64,000 nt of DNA from Gemmatimonadota bacterium (GTDB lineage: Bacteria > Latescibacterota > UBA2968 > UBA8231): NCBI GenBank assembly GCA_038128265.1, contig JAYPJE010000005.1, forward strand, positions 23,489 to 87,488. Reading direction: 5' to 3'. Position numbers and translations under genes: made by a program. The notes beneath the pieces were generated by a model. It saw only the letters and a list, made by a program, of their open reading frames with translations, searched no databases and had not been told where the DNA came from. Positions 1 to 9,644 of the stretch are shown here, piece after piece; positions within the stretch are counted from its first letter, which is position 1; each line of letters opens with the position of its first letter.

Positions 1-530
1 ATGCCGGGCAAGTCCAAATCCTGTATAAACCCACCGCCGCCCGTAACCTTGGCGACCATATCCGTGCCGCGCACATCGCTGCCGACGATGCGGTATGCGC
101 TCGGGTCTTTGCAGTGCACATCGTCAATCAGGGCGCGATTAAATGTCCTCCCTCCCATCAGTTCGCCGTAACCTATTTTGCGCGCGCCGCCGCGCTCAAC
201 GATCCATCCATTCTCCACGTGCAGCGCATCTACTCCGACGCCCCATGTATCGGCTACCTCCCCCATCATATAGCAGCGCGCACTGGCCGCCGCGCGGCGC
301 ACCCACTCTCCCACGGTCTGGATCGAATTGCTGCCCGCCGTATAGGAAGCATCGGCCGAGACCGCCGTATCGGCCCGCACGATGCGCACGCGCGAGAAGT
401 CTACGTCCAATTCTTCCGCGGCAATTTGGGCAATGGCGACTTTCAAGCCCTGGCCAACTTCGACTTTACTCATAAACACGCTGACGCAGCCGTCCTCCTC
501 TATGCGCAGTGCCGCATCGATGCCGCTCAT
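1..530 (-). CDS. Molybdopterin-binding subunit of an isoquinoline 1-oxidoreductase / nicotinate dehydrogenase-like molybdo-hydroxylase (5' part; runs off the window)
   Basis: Not in the ORF track; translated by hand from the ATG at 530, which overlaps the stop of 527..997 (ATGA). Reads MSGIDAALRIEEDGCVSVFMSKVEVGQGLKVAIAQIAAEELDV...YTAGSNSI...KVTGGGGFIQDLDLPG, the IorB/NicB-type N-terminus (KVE.GQG, AEEL). Confidence 0.85.
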   Translation of the reverse strand, partial: MSGIDAALRIEEDGCVSVFMSKVEVGQGLKVAIAQIAAEELDVDFSRVRIVRADTAVSADASYTAGSNSIQTVGEWVRRAAASARCYMMGEVADTWGVGVDALHVENGWIVERGGARKIGYGELMGGRTFNRALIDDVHCKDPSAYRIVGSDVRGTDMVAKVTGGGGFIQDLDLPG

Positions 531-997
531 TGGGCCATCTCCTCTGCGGCGCGCCGGACGGCCTTGAGCACCCGACTGTGCACTCCGCAGCGGCACAGAT
601 GGCGCTCCAGCGCAGCGCCAATCTCCGCGTTGGTCGGATGTGGATTTTTTTCGAGCAGAGCCACCGCACCGATGACCAAACCAGCCGTGCAATAGCCGCA
701 CTGCGCCGCGCCCTCTTCGACAAAGGCGCGCTGCACCGGATGCAAATGGTCCGCCGTACCCAGGCCCTCTACCGTGACGATTTCTCGGCCCACAGCCGCG
801 CGCACCGGCATCTTGCACGACGGCAGCGCCTCCCCGTCAATTAGCACCTTACACGCCCCACACTGCTCTAAACCGCAGCCGTATTTGGCGCCTTTCAGCC
901 CCAAATCATTGCGCAGCGCGTAGAGCAGCGGCCCATCCGGGTCCATGTCGACTTCGCGTTCACTACCGTTGACGCGCAGTTGCACTATTTCACTCAT
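527..997 (-). CDS. (2Fe-2S)-binding small subunit of molybdo-hydroxylase (IorA/CoxS family)
   Basis: KYGCGLEQCGAC...C and QCGYC...CRC iron-sulfur motifs. Confidence 0.95.
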   Translation of the reverse strand: MSEIVQLRVNGSEREVDMDPDGPLLYALRNDLGLKGAKYGCGLEQCGACKVLIDGEALPSCKMPVRAAVGREIVTVEGLGTADHLHPVQRAFVEEGAAQCGYCTAGLVIGAVALLEKNPHPTNAEIGAALERHLCRCGVHSRVLKAVRRAAEEMAQ

Positions 998-1070
998 GCC
1001 TCGCTCCGTCTTTCGCCATGCAAGTTATGTGGGTAAATGGTATCTACAGCGCACGTCGACCTCGTCGCGC

Positions 1071-2336
1071 TCACTTAGCGCGGCTGCGCCGTTTGAGGCG
1101 CGTTATAATGCGTCCCACGGACTCGACGACGCGCCCCTGTGCACCGATGCGCTTATAGAGCACCTGTGCCTGTTCCAGCGCATCTAATGCTTCGGCACTG
1201 CGGCGCTGACGGGCCAGAGCAGAGCCCATATTGGTCAGCGTGCGCGCCTGGCCCAATACGTTACCCGCCTTAGCATGCACTTTCAACGCCGCCTCATAGT
1301 CGCGCAGGGCACTCTCCAAATCCCCCTGCCTGAAGTGCAAATTACCGATATTGACCTTGGCGCTGGCCTCGCCCAGCAGATCGCCAGACTGCCGACACAG
1401 CGTCGATGACTCCTCGTAGGAAATCAGCGCACCCTGCAAGTCTCTACGCTTAAATCGCGCATTGCCCTGTAGCATACGCGCATGGGCCAGACCGCTGGTA
1501 CTGCGCGCCTGTCGATAGAGTTCGACCGCCCGGTCGAGCGTAGCCAGCGCCTCGTCGGGATCCCCGCTTTCGACCTGAATATAGCCGCGACAGGCCTGGG
1601 CGTTGGCCCGTCCCAGCAGCCCACCGCTGTGGCGGTGGGCGCGCACGGCTTCAGCCAAAAGCCGCCTAGCCGCTTCGTACTCTCCCCGGTGCACGCGCGC
1701 ATTGGCCGCATTGATCAACGCATCGCCGCGGCCACGGCCGTCTCCTTCGCGCTGGAATAGCTCAGCCGCCGATTCGTAGTGGGCCAGCGCTTCGTTCAGA
1801 TTGCCCTGGCGCGCGTCGAGCATGCCACAAACCGCGTGCAAAGCGGCTTCGATAAGCCGACTCTGCAAGCGACGAGCGGGCAGTTGGGCCTCTTCCAGCA
1901 CGCTGCGCGCGCGGCCAAAGTCGGCAACGTGAATCAGTGCCGCTCCAGCATTGAGCGCCGCGGCGGGGTGTTCGCTGTCAGCATAGGCGCGTAGAAAGGA
2001 CTCGGCAGCCTCGGCGTAGCGCGCACCGCGAAACAGTCTTTCGCCCTGCGCAAAATCCCCCCCATCGCTTCTTCTGCTATAGGCGGGCAACGCGTGTACG
2101 GTAGCAATCTGTAGTATGTCTCCGCCCGTTCCCTGCGCTGAAACAACCCTGCGGCGATTCTCTTCGCCTAGGTTGCGCAGCACGAAAAACGCCGCCCAAC
2201 TGACGACAACTGCCATCAGTAGCGGCGAGCGAAGCGGCACGATAAACGACCAAATGGGCATCTCGGCCAACAGCGCAACGAGCACGGCAGTCACGCTCAG
2301 CGCAATACACAGGCGCAGCAGCGCCGGCTGCACCAT
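1071..2336 (-). CDS. Membrane-anchored tetratricopeptide repeat protein
   Basis: Two N-terminal hydrophobic segments, then ~40-aa TPR-like repeats (A..L.N.G....R.G....AL..YE.A). Start placed at MVQPALL (2336); the ORF extends to 2396. Confidence 0.8.
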   Translation of the reverse strand: MVQPALLRLCIALSVTAVLVALLAEMPIWSFIVPLRSPLLMAVVVSWAAFFVLRNLGEENRRRVVSAQGTGGDILQIATVHALPAYSRRSDGGDFAQGERLFRGARYAEAAESFLRAYADSEHPAAALNAGAALIHVADFGRARSVLEEAQLPARRLQSRLIEAALHAVCGMLDARQGNLNEALAHYESAAELFQREGDGRGRGDALINAANARVHRGEYEAARRLLAEAVRAHRHSGGLLGRANAQACRGYIQVESGDPDEALATLDRAVELYRQARSTSGLAHARMLQGNARFKRRDLQGALISYEESSTLCRQSGDLLGEASAKVNIGNLHFRQGDLESALRDYEAALKVHAKAGNVLGQARTLTNMGSALARQRRSAEALDALEQAQVLYKRIGAQGRVVESVGRIITRLKRRSRAK

Positions 2337-2500
2337 TTTTTTAAAATGATTGATATCCACTCGACGGCAACGCGTTTTCCCTTCGCTCCGTTGCAAAGGC
2401 GTTCCTATTGTACAAAAACGCTCCGCTCACGCACAGCTAAAAAATGGGCACGCCGCAGGACCACGCGCCTTAAACCACGCCGATTGACCAGCGGCAGCGC

Positions 2501-2529
2501 TTTACCCAATCGACGCTTTTTATTAGAAT
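2501..2529 (+). promoter_or_regulatory. Putative sigma70 promoter
   Basis: TTTACC-N17-TAGAAT upstream of the epimerase gene. Confidence 0.4.
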
Positions 2530-2597
2530 GCCCTCTTGCGCTGCGACCCATAGCGGCCCGGGACAGCGGCTATTTCACCGATGGAAGGCAAACGAAC

Positions 2598-3362
2598 GTG
2601 AGCGAACGAGCCCCCATTTCACAGCGCGTGCTGGTCACCGGTGCCAGCGGCGCCATCGGCACACCCCTCTGCAGGCACTTGCTGGCACGCGGACACCGCG
2701 TGCGCGGGCTTTCCTTAGAGGCCCATCCCGATCTCGACGACCACATAACGGGCGACCTGAGCGACGCAGACGCCGTGCGCCGCGCCACGACTGACATCGA
2801 CGCAGTTATTCACCTGGGCGCCTATCCCAACAACGCCGACTTCATAGATGTTCTTTTGGAACCCAATGTGCGCGGCCTGTATCACGTCTGCGCAGCGGCA
2901 GCTGAAAGCGGCGTTAAACGGCTCGTGCTAGCCTCTTCACTGCAGGTAATTAGCGGCCATCAGCGAGAGGGCATTATACGCATCGAAGACGGGGCCAAAC
3001 CGACAAATCACTACGCGCTGACTAAAGTATGGGCGGAAGATATCGGCGATATGTATGCGCGCGTACACGACCTGTCCGTCATCAACGTGCGCATCGGCTG
3101 GTACCCGCGCAATACGGATGAGGCTCGGCGACTAGCCCAGTACGAACACGGGCCGCGCGTCTACTTTAGCCACGATGACGCCTGCCGTTTTTTTGAGCGC
3201 TGCGTCGAATCGAGCACACCCCAGGCCGGCCAATGCGCAACCGTCTTTGCCACCAGTGCACCCGCCGACTGGACGCGTCTAGACCTGACACCGGCGCGCG
3301 AAATACTCGGCTATGAACCGCGCGATACTTGGCCCCAGGGCATACCCTTTCCCCACGAATAG
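2598..3362 (+). CDS. NAD-dependent epimerase/dehydratase (uronate dehydrogenase-like extended SDR)
   Basis: VLVTGASGAIG Rossmann motif, YALTK (YxxxK), NVRIG; likely GTG start at 2598. Confidence 0.85.
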   Translation: MSERAPISQRVLVTGASGAIGTPLCRHLLARGHRVRGLSLEAHPDLDDHITGDLSDADAVRRATTDIDAVIHLGAYPNNADFIDVLLEPNVRGLYHVCAAAAESGVKRLVLASSLQVISGHQREGIIRIEDGAKPTNHYALTKVWAEDIGDMYARVHDLSVINVRIGWYPRNTDEARRLAQYEHGPRVYFSHDDACRFFERCVESSTPQAGQCATVFATSAPADWTRLDLTPAREILGYEPRDTWPQGIPFPHE

Positions 3363-3424
3363 AACGCCTCCTAAACCGACTCTTACCCATCGAGCAGTCT
3401 AGTTCGTCTCTATACTGCGATTGC

Positions 3425-3453
3425 TTGACGCCGGATCGCTAGCACCGTACCTT
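3425..3453 (+). promoter_or_regulatory. Putative sigma70 promoter
   Basis: TTGACG-N17-TACCTT about 30 nt upstream of the GNAT start. Confidence 0.5.
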
Positions 3454-3483
3454 GCTGGCCCGACTCCAAGCCGCGATTTGCCC

Positions 3484-4077
3484 ATGAGCACGCTCGTCAC
3501 GCCATCCGTAATATATCGCGAGAGCTTCCTGCAGGGCGCCGAAGATTTTTTTGCCGAAGGACGCCTCGATTCGACGTATAGTACCTATCTGGGCTATACT
3601 CTGCGTTCGCTACAGGACCAGTTCGAGCAGTTCGTCTACGACCTATGCGCCTTGAGCAGAGCGACGCGCCGCCAAAGGGGATGGTACGTAGACCACGTAT
3701 TCTGGCTCGTCGACGATGAGGAATACATAGGTCAAGCATCGATCCGCCCCGAACTGTGCACGCCGTACTTGCTAACCTACGGAGGCCATATCGGCTACAG
3801 TATACGCCCTTCCAAGCGGCTTATGGGCTATGGCAAGACCATTCTCGAGCTGGCGCTCAGCCATTCGCATGCACTCGACCTGAACAGGGTCTTGGTCACC
3901 TGCGATGCCGACAACGTCGGCTCGCGCAAGATTATCGAGCACAACGGCGGACAGTTTGAAAGCGCTATTCCCATGACCCAAAGCACGTTTCGCGCCGAGG
4001 GACGCGCCGGTGACGAGCCGATGAAAAAGTTGCGCTACTGGATCGACCTGAGAAACTCGGAACCCGATCCGCGCTGA
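3484..4077 (+). CDS. GNAT family N-acetyltransferase
   Basis: GGHIGYSIRPSKRLMGYG acetyl-CoA motif, VLVTCDADNVGSRKIIEHNGG. Confidence 0.9.
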   Translation: MSTLVTPSVIYRESFLQGAEDFFAEGRLDSTYSTYLGYTLRSLQDQFEQFVYDLCALSRATRRQRGWYVDHVFWLVDDEEYIGQASIRPELCTPYLLTYGGHIGYSIRPSKRLMGYGKTILELALSHSHALDLNRVLVTCDADNVGSRKIIEHNGGQFESAIPMTQSTFRAEGRAGDEPMKKLRYWIDLRNSEPDPR

Positions 4078-4130
4078 GGTGTGTACAGAGAGGCTGCATC
4101 TGCCCGTTGGAACTTACCGAGAGGACTGCC

Positions 4131-5075
4131 TTGAAAACGCTGCTTTGCCTGCTGATACTTTGCGCTACGAGCGCTGCTCAATTCGATGAAAAGCAGTTTC
4201 GCCACGACGTGTTTATCGCGCTCTACGAAACCTTTGACGATGCGGAACCTGCGCATTCAGACGAATTTCTTGCGCGCCTATCGCGCGAAAGCCGCGTGCC
4301 TGAAAGTGAGCTGCGCACGCGCCTCGTCGCACTCATCGACACGCTAGACCAGTTGCGCAAAGACAAGAGTGCAACCTGGAAGACAATTGTCTTACAGGGC
4401 CAACCCGACATCGACGAAGAGCGCGCCGGCAAGCTCCTGCGCTATTTGGGCCAAGAAGGGCGCAAAGTGCTACAGGGTAAGGGCAACTACCTGCTCGATA
4501 GCGGCATCAACAAGGCCGCGCGCAAGTCAAAAACGCCCTTCTTTCAGAGTCGCACGTTTATTCTTAACAGCCTCGACTGGGCGCTATCGGACGATGTAGG
4601 TGGCCAAAAGCAAAAGGCCGTTGGCATCCTAGTCGGCGGGCAGACCAATCGCTTTGAAGTCGGCCTCGATCCGCTCTTCATATTCTTCAATACGCAGGAC
4701 GAGGCCTTTGTGCGCGAGCAGGTGCGCGAAGTCCAGCGCTTTATCATACCTGCCCTCGTTCGGCGCCTACCCGAATCTGAGCGCATTTTATGGGCCGTGC
4801 GCGAGCGCGAATCCAACGTGCTGGTGCAACCCGATTTCCACCTGGTCTTTGGCGTCGACAACTTCAACTTTGCAGGCTCCAATGCCGACCTGAAACCCTG
4901 CGTCGAACTGACCGTCGAACTGCGCGCTTGGGAAAGCGAAGCGCTGCTGCTACAAGAGCCGTTCAGCTTTTGTAGCCAGGTCAACGGTTCGGCCAACGCC
5001 GACGAACTCGGTCCGTTCTGGAACGAGGCGGCAGATGCACTGCGCGAGTATATCGTTCAGTTTATGGAAAACTAG
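4131..5075 (+). CDS. Hypothetical secreted protein
   Basis: Long ORF with N-terminal signal peptide (KTLLCLLILCATSAAQ); RBS GAGAGGA before TTG 4131; no family recognised. Confidence 0.7.
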   Translation: MKTLLCLLILCATSAAQFDEKQFRHDVFIALYETFDDAEPAHSDEFLARLSRESRVPESELRTRLVALIDTLDQLRKDKSATWKTIVLQGQPDIDEERAGKLLRYLGQEGRKVLQGKGNYLLDSGINKAARKSKTPFFQSRTFILNSLDWALSDDVGGQKQKAVGILVGGQTNRFEVGLDPLFIFFNTQDEAFVREQVREVQRFIIPALVRRLPESERILWAVRERESNVLVQPDFHLVFGVDNFNFAGSNADLKPCVELTVELRAWESEALLLQEPFSFCSQVNGSANADELGPFWNEAADALREYIVQFMEN

Positions 5076-5104
5076 TCCACACCGTCAGAAGAGATCCTGT
5101 CCCC

Positions 5105-6364
5105 ATGCCCATGTCGTTCGCATTATGCACCTCTGCTCTGCTGCTGGGCGGTCTGTTGGCTACCGCCAGTGCCCAAGTAGACGCCCCGCGCATGCAGCGC
5201 GATCTGCGCGTGGCGGAAGGCATTCTCCGTGCCCTGATCGACTCCCACAGCCCAGCATCACCCGCCCGCCCGCGCGTACGCGGGGTGCACATAGAAGACT
5301 ACGGAGTCGTTTTCCTAGCCGAAGGCTCCCTGTCCGACAGACGCGTAGTGGAGCACGTGAAGCGCAAATGGATAGACGATGAGGGTAGGCAGCACGTCGT
5401 AGAAACCCAGCGCGGCACATCGAATGGCCAGGCAGGCGCGGTCGCACCCGTGCGCGCGGCGCTAAGCGAGTTTCTCAGCGACTATGCCAGTGCGATCGAC
5501 GGATTGGACGACGACGAGCGCATTGCCGTCTTGTATCGCCCTATGGGCGCACATCCGTCCGGCGGCGAAGGAGCACACATCGACGTCGGCGTGCACGTGG
5601 GCCCGCCAGGCACCGAAGCGGGAGAGATAGAAACGGAATTGACTATCGTGAAAATCGATTCCGACAGCAGCGATCCTCCACGCATCGATACGCTGGACGC
5701 CCGCCTTCCACCGGGGGCGATTAAGCGCCAGATTCGCGTCGTCATCGATACGCTGACAGCCAACGGCACCGCGGGCAGCGGCGAACTACAGGCGCTAGGC
5801 GCGTTACCCGATGGGGCAGAACGCCCCAGCCCGATTGCTGCAAGCGCGCGAAGGGCCGACATCGACGCACTTCGCCGCGGCAAAATAGACAGCGCCGCAT
5901 TTGCCAAACGCATTCAATTTGACCAACCTGAGAGCTCAATCAATAAAAAGATCCGCATTATGGCTGGCATCATCGCGACGTCTTTGCACAGCCCAGGGCG
6001 CAGTACGCGCCCAAATACAGCGGCTTTAGGCGCGTACCAACCCGGCCTCGGTGCGGTCTTTTCATTGGATATGCGTCCGCACCCGCGTCGTCACTCAGCC
6101 CCCGGACATGGCCCTCGCCACAGAACCGATGACGCGTTAGCGCAGTGGAAGCAACTACTCGTCGAATCTGTGGGCGCATACGGAGCAACGCTGCGCGGCG
6201 TCGCACCCACAGAGAGCGTCTTTGTCGACGTGCGCTTACCGCCAGAAGCCAGCATCTCTAACCATCTGCTCATGCAAGTCAAAAAGTCGACCATTGATGC
6301 CTATACCCGGGGCGCGATTGACCGCGCAGCACTCGCCAAGCAAGCAACCTGGCGCCTCTATTAG
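5105..6364 (+). CDS. Hypothetical secreted protein with an internal two-fold domain duplication
   Basis: Signal peptide ending ASAQ; two homologous halves (see findings). Confidence 0.75.
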   Translation: MPMSFALCTSALLLGGLLATASAQVDAPRMQRDLRVAEGILRALIDSHSPASPARPRVRGVHIEDYGVVFLAEGSLSDRRVVEHVKRKWIDDEGRQHVVETQRGTSNGQAGAVAPVRAALSEFLSDYASAIDGLDDDERIAVLYRPMGAHPSGGEGAHIDVGVHVGPPGTEAGEIETELTIVKIDSDSSDPPRIDTLDARLPPGAIKRQIRVVIDTLTANGTAGSGELQALGALPDGAERPSPIAASARRADIDALRRGKIDSAAFAKRIQFDQPESSINKKIRIMAGIIATSLHSPGRSTRPNTAALGAYQPGLGAVFSLDMRPHPRRHSAPGHGPRHRTDDALAQWKQLLVESVGAYGATLRGVAPTESVFVDVRLPPEASISNHLLMQVKKSTIDAYTRGAIDRAALAKQATWRLY

Positions 6365-6428
6365 CACGTTCGAATACCAAACGCGGTCTCCATGCGATAG
6401 TGCATGAGCACGCCCAGCGGCACATAAC

Positions 6429-8855
6429 TCAGCGCATTTCGCTAGACCAATCGATTGCCGTATCCACTGTTATGCTGCGCCCATCGCTGCTCAAAATCAC
6501 CGCACCGCTGCGATCCGTCCGCAAAACGGACGCACCATTTTCCTGCAGCGCGGTTACGACAGCGCTTGACGGGTGGCCAAAGCGGTTGAATTCGCCCACC
6601 GAAATAACCGCCCAGTCCGGTCTTACAGCGCGGAGAAAGCGGGCACTGGAAGACGTGCTAGAGCCATGATGGGCCACTTTGAGCACCTCGGCCTGCAGGC
6701 GTGCACCCCACGCTAGCAGGGCCGTATCGGTCTCGCCTTCAATATCACCGGTAAACAGGATATCTACTTCGCCATAGCTCAGCTTTAACGCTACCGAACC
6801 GTTGTTCACCCCGCGCGTAGACTGGCCCAGCGAATCGACAAAAGCCGCTGTTGGGTGTAAGACGAGTCCTCCAACAGCACCCATACCCAACAGGCTATCG
6901 CCCGCCGCCACGCGATGGTAGGTGACGCCCTGTTCCCGAATCAGCGAACGCAGGCGCCGCGCCGTCCACGAGTCATACTGCTGACCGCTGTCGATATAGT
7001 GACGAACAGGTATGTGCTCCAGCAGTGCAACGAGTCCGCCGATGTGGTCGCTGTGCGGATGGGTAGCGACCACGACGTCGACGCTACCCATATTGTGCGC
7101 GCGCAAAAAAGGCACCAGCACGCGCTCACCGTAGTCGTATTCCGCGCGGCGCTGGCCGCCGTCGACAACCAGCACCATGCCGTTGGGCAAGCGCACTACG
7201 GCGGCGTCCCCCTGGCCGACATCCAGAAAAAAGACCTGCAGGCGTCGGTCGGACAGCGCGCGTTCCCACACGGCGAGATTGAGCCATAGAAGCAAAAGAG
7301 CTACGGACCCCGTGCGCGCCACTCGATGCGCTCGAATATGGGGAACTAGCAGCAGCAGAATCGCAAAAACCAGCAGCGACACGGCATCGGGCCGCGGCAC
7401 GCTCAGCGCCGCACCGGGCCACTGTGCGCTACGCTCAACAAAGGCGACAAGCCCGCTTAGAAACCAGTAATTCGCTCCGTTAAACACGCTGCAAAGCAGC
7501 GGCCACGCTCCATAACTCAGCACCGCTAGCATACCGAGCCCCAGCGCAGCGGCCAGCAGAGGCGCAACGACTAGGTTTGCCAGCAGTCCAATCGGCGCCC
7601 ACTGCTGAAAATGGAGCGCCAGTAGAGGCGTCGTACCTAGCTGGGCCGCCAGCGAAACGCACAGCGGCATCGCCATATAGCGGCGCCATCCACCGTGCTG
7701 ATCTGCGCGGCAGCCCGGCACCATCTGCAACAACGGTTGATACAGGCCGACGATAGCCATGGTAGCGGCAAAGGACAGCTGAAAACTCAATCCCAACAGG
7801 CTGACCGGCCACAGCACCAGAATAAACAGAGCGGCCCATCCCAACGAGTTGTATGCATCACCATCGCGCTCGACCACGGCACCGCCCAAGGCGATACAGC
7901 CTATAACTGCCGCGCGCACAACAGGTGGATGCAGCTGCGTCACCAACGAGTAGATAATCAGTGCTGCCATGGTCGACAAATGGCGCACCGAAATCGGCAG
8001 AGATAGCAGGTGCAGTGCGTGCAGCACAAAGGCAGCAACAATGCCAACGTGCATGCCGCTTACAACTAGCGCATGCGATAGACCCGCTGCGCGAAAGTGC
8101 TCTTTTATATCGGTGGGTATCTGCGTTTTATCGCCCAGCAGCAATCCTAACAATAGGCCGGCCTGGGCGCCCTGCAGATTTTGCTCAATGGCACTGCGCA
8201 CGTGCAGCCTGAGCGCCAGCACCGCTCGCTCCCCCAAACGCCATGGCCGCCGCACCGGCAGGCTGCGCAGCGCAGCGGAAGAGCGCAGCGAAATCGTCGC
8301 GTCTAGGCCGCGCTCGGCCAAGTAGGATCGATAGTCAAACGCACCGGGGTTGCGGGCTCGAGTGGGGCGACGCAAAAAACCGCGCACCTCGGCTCCCTGT
8401 GCGCAGTCGATATCGACCCACCCGCTGCGCACCGTTACCAATACGCGACCGACGGCTCGATACAGCGCACGGTCGGTTTCGACTTCGCTCAGCATGAGGA
8501 CAAAGCGCGTTCGACCGGCGAAACGCTCGACCTCGGCGTCTACATACCCGCGCAGAACGACCTCGTCAAAGAGGTGGGGATGGCGAACGATGTGGTGTGC
8601 AGGTAACAGCTCTGTAGCACCCCAGTAACGCAGCGCTCCAGCAGCAGCAAAAGCGATTAGCAAGGCCGCATCGACCCACCGGCACGGGCCGCCGACGGTG
8701 CGTGCCATCAGCAATGCGAGCAGCACAGCGGCTGTCACACAGCTCGAAACGATAACCAGCTGCTGTGCGAGCGACTCGGCCCGCAGCCCACCGTGCGCAC
8801 TCGCGATGCCAGCGGCAAAGGCCACCGCAATCCACAGGCCAGGCCGACGGCGCAT
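6429..8855 (-). CDS. comEC: DNA internalization competence protein ComEC/Rec2
   Basis: RNPGAFDY, SHALVVSGMHV, SFQLSF competence domain; C-terminal metallo-beta-lactamase motifs DVGQGD, THPHSDHIGG, KVAHHGS. ORF extends to 8897. Confidence 0.95.
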   Translation of the reverse strand: MRRRPGLWIAVAFAAGIASAHGGLRAESLAQQLVIVSSCVTAAVLLALLMARTVGGPCRWVDAALLIAFAAAGALRYWGATELLPAHHIVRHPHLFDEVVLRGYVDAEVERFAGRTRFVLMLSEVETDRALYRAVGRVLVTVRSGWVDIDCAQGAEVRGFLRRPTRARNPGAFDYRSYLAERGLDATISLRSSAALRSLPVRRPWRLGERAVLALRLHVRSAIEQNLQGAQAGLLLGLLLGDKTQIPTDIKEHFRAAGLSHALVVSGMHVGIVAAFVLHALHLLSLPISVRHLSTMAALIIYSLVTQLHPPVVRAAVIGCIALGGAVVERDGDAYNSLGWAALFILVLWPVSLLGLSFQLSFAATMAIVGLYQPLLQMVPGCRADQHGGWRRYMAMPLCVSLAAQLGTTPLLALHFQQWAPIGLLANLVVAPLLAAALGLGMLAVLSYGAWPLLCSVFNGANYWFLSGLVAFVERSAQWPGAALSVPRPDAVSLLVFAILLLLVPHIRAHRVARTGSVALLLLWLNLAVWERALSDRRLQVFFLDVGQGDAAVVRLPNGMVLVVDGGQRRAEYDYGERVLVPFLRAHNMGSVDVVVATHPHSDHIGGLVALLEHIPVRHYIDSGQQYDSWTARRLRSLIREQGVTYHRVAAGDSLLGMGAVGGLVLHPTAAFVDSLGQSTRGVNNGSVALKLSYGEVDILFTGDIEGETDTALLAWGARLQAEVLKVAHHGSSTSSSARFLRAVRPDWAVISVGEFNRFGHPSSAVVTALQENGASVLRTDRSGAVILSSDGRSITVDTAIDWSSEMR

Positions 8856-8938
8856 GACTGCACTCGTTCCCATAGCGCCGTGCGCGGCAAATACCATACC
8901 ATCTCGACAGTCCCATGCGCGCGGCGTATATTTTTACT

Positions 8939-9337
8939 ATGCTTTTCAAATTGTTTTTGCTCTTTACGCTGGTGCCCATTGCCGAGCTGGCTTTGCTCAT
9001 TGAGGTCGGAAGCCATATCGGCTCCCTCTACACCATTGCCCTCGTGCTCATAACGGGCGCAGCTGGTGCAACGCTAGCGCGCACCCAGGGCCTGCTCGTC
9101 TTTTCGCGCTTGCGCCATAGCATCGGCGGCGGTCAGTCTCCGGGCGATGCCCTGCTCGACGGTGCGCTCGTCCTTTCCGGTGGCCTGCTGTTGCTGACTC
9201 CAGGCATCATGACCGACGCCGTCGGTTTCTGCGTTCTACTGCCTCTGACCCGGCGGCCCATTCGCAACGCACTGCGCGAGGCCATCGCACGACGCATACG
9301 TCGGGGGTCCGTTCACACTCATTTCACGGTATCGTAA
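8939..9337 (+). CDS. fxsA: FxsA family membrane protein
   Basis: LLFTLVPIAELALLIEVG and GGLLLLTPGIMTDAVG signatures. Confidence 0.92.
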   Translation: MLFKLFLLFTLVPIAELALLIEVGSHIGSLYTIALVLITGAAGATLARTQGLLVFSRLRHSIGGGQSPGDALLDGALVLSGGLLLLTPGIMTDAVGFCVLLPLTRRPIRNALREAIARRIRRGSVHTHFTVS

Positions 9338-9341
9338 CGAT

Positions 9342-9641
9342 ATGGAAGAACTAAGCGGGAAACAGCGCCGCTATCTGCGGGGACAGGGAAACGTCATTAA
9401 GCCGACGGTCTATTTGGGCAAAGATGGAATTAGCGACGCTCTGCTGCACTCACTGGGCGAGGCGTTTAACAACCGCGAGCTTATAAAGATTCGCATAGAA
9501 AAGAGCTGTGAACTGGAGCGTAAAGAGGCTGGCCAACAGCTGGCGCAGGCCTGTGCCGCCCACTTGGTGCAGGTGCTCGGCCACACCTTGCTGCTTTATA
9601 GACCCGATGCGGACGAGCCCAAGATCAAGCTGCCGGCTTAG
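9342..9641 (+). CDS. yhbY: Ribosome assembly RNA-binding protein YhbY (CRM domain)
   Basis: LSGKQRRYLR, ELIKI, VQVLGHTLLLYR. Confidence 0.93.
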   Translation: MEELSGKQRRYLRGQGNVIKPTVYLGKDGISDALLHSLGEAFNNRELIKIRIEKSCELERKEAGQQLAQACAAHLVQVLGHTLLLYRPDADEPKIKLPA

Positions 9642-9644
9642 CTT

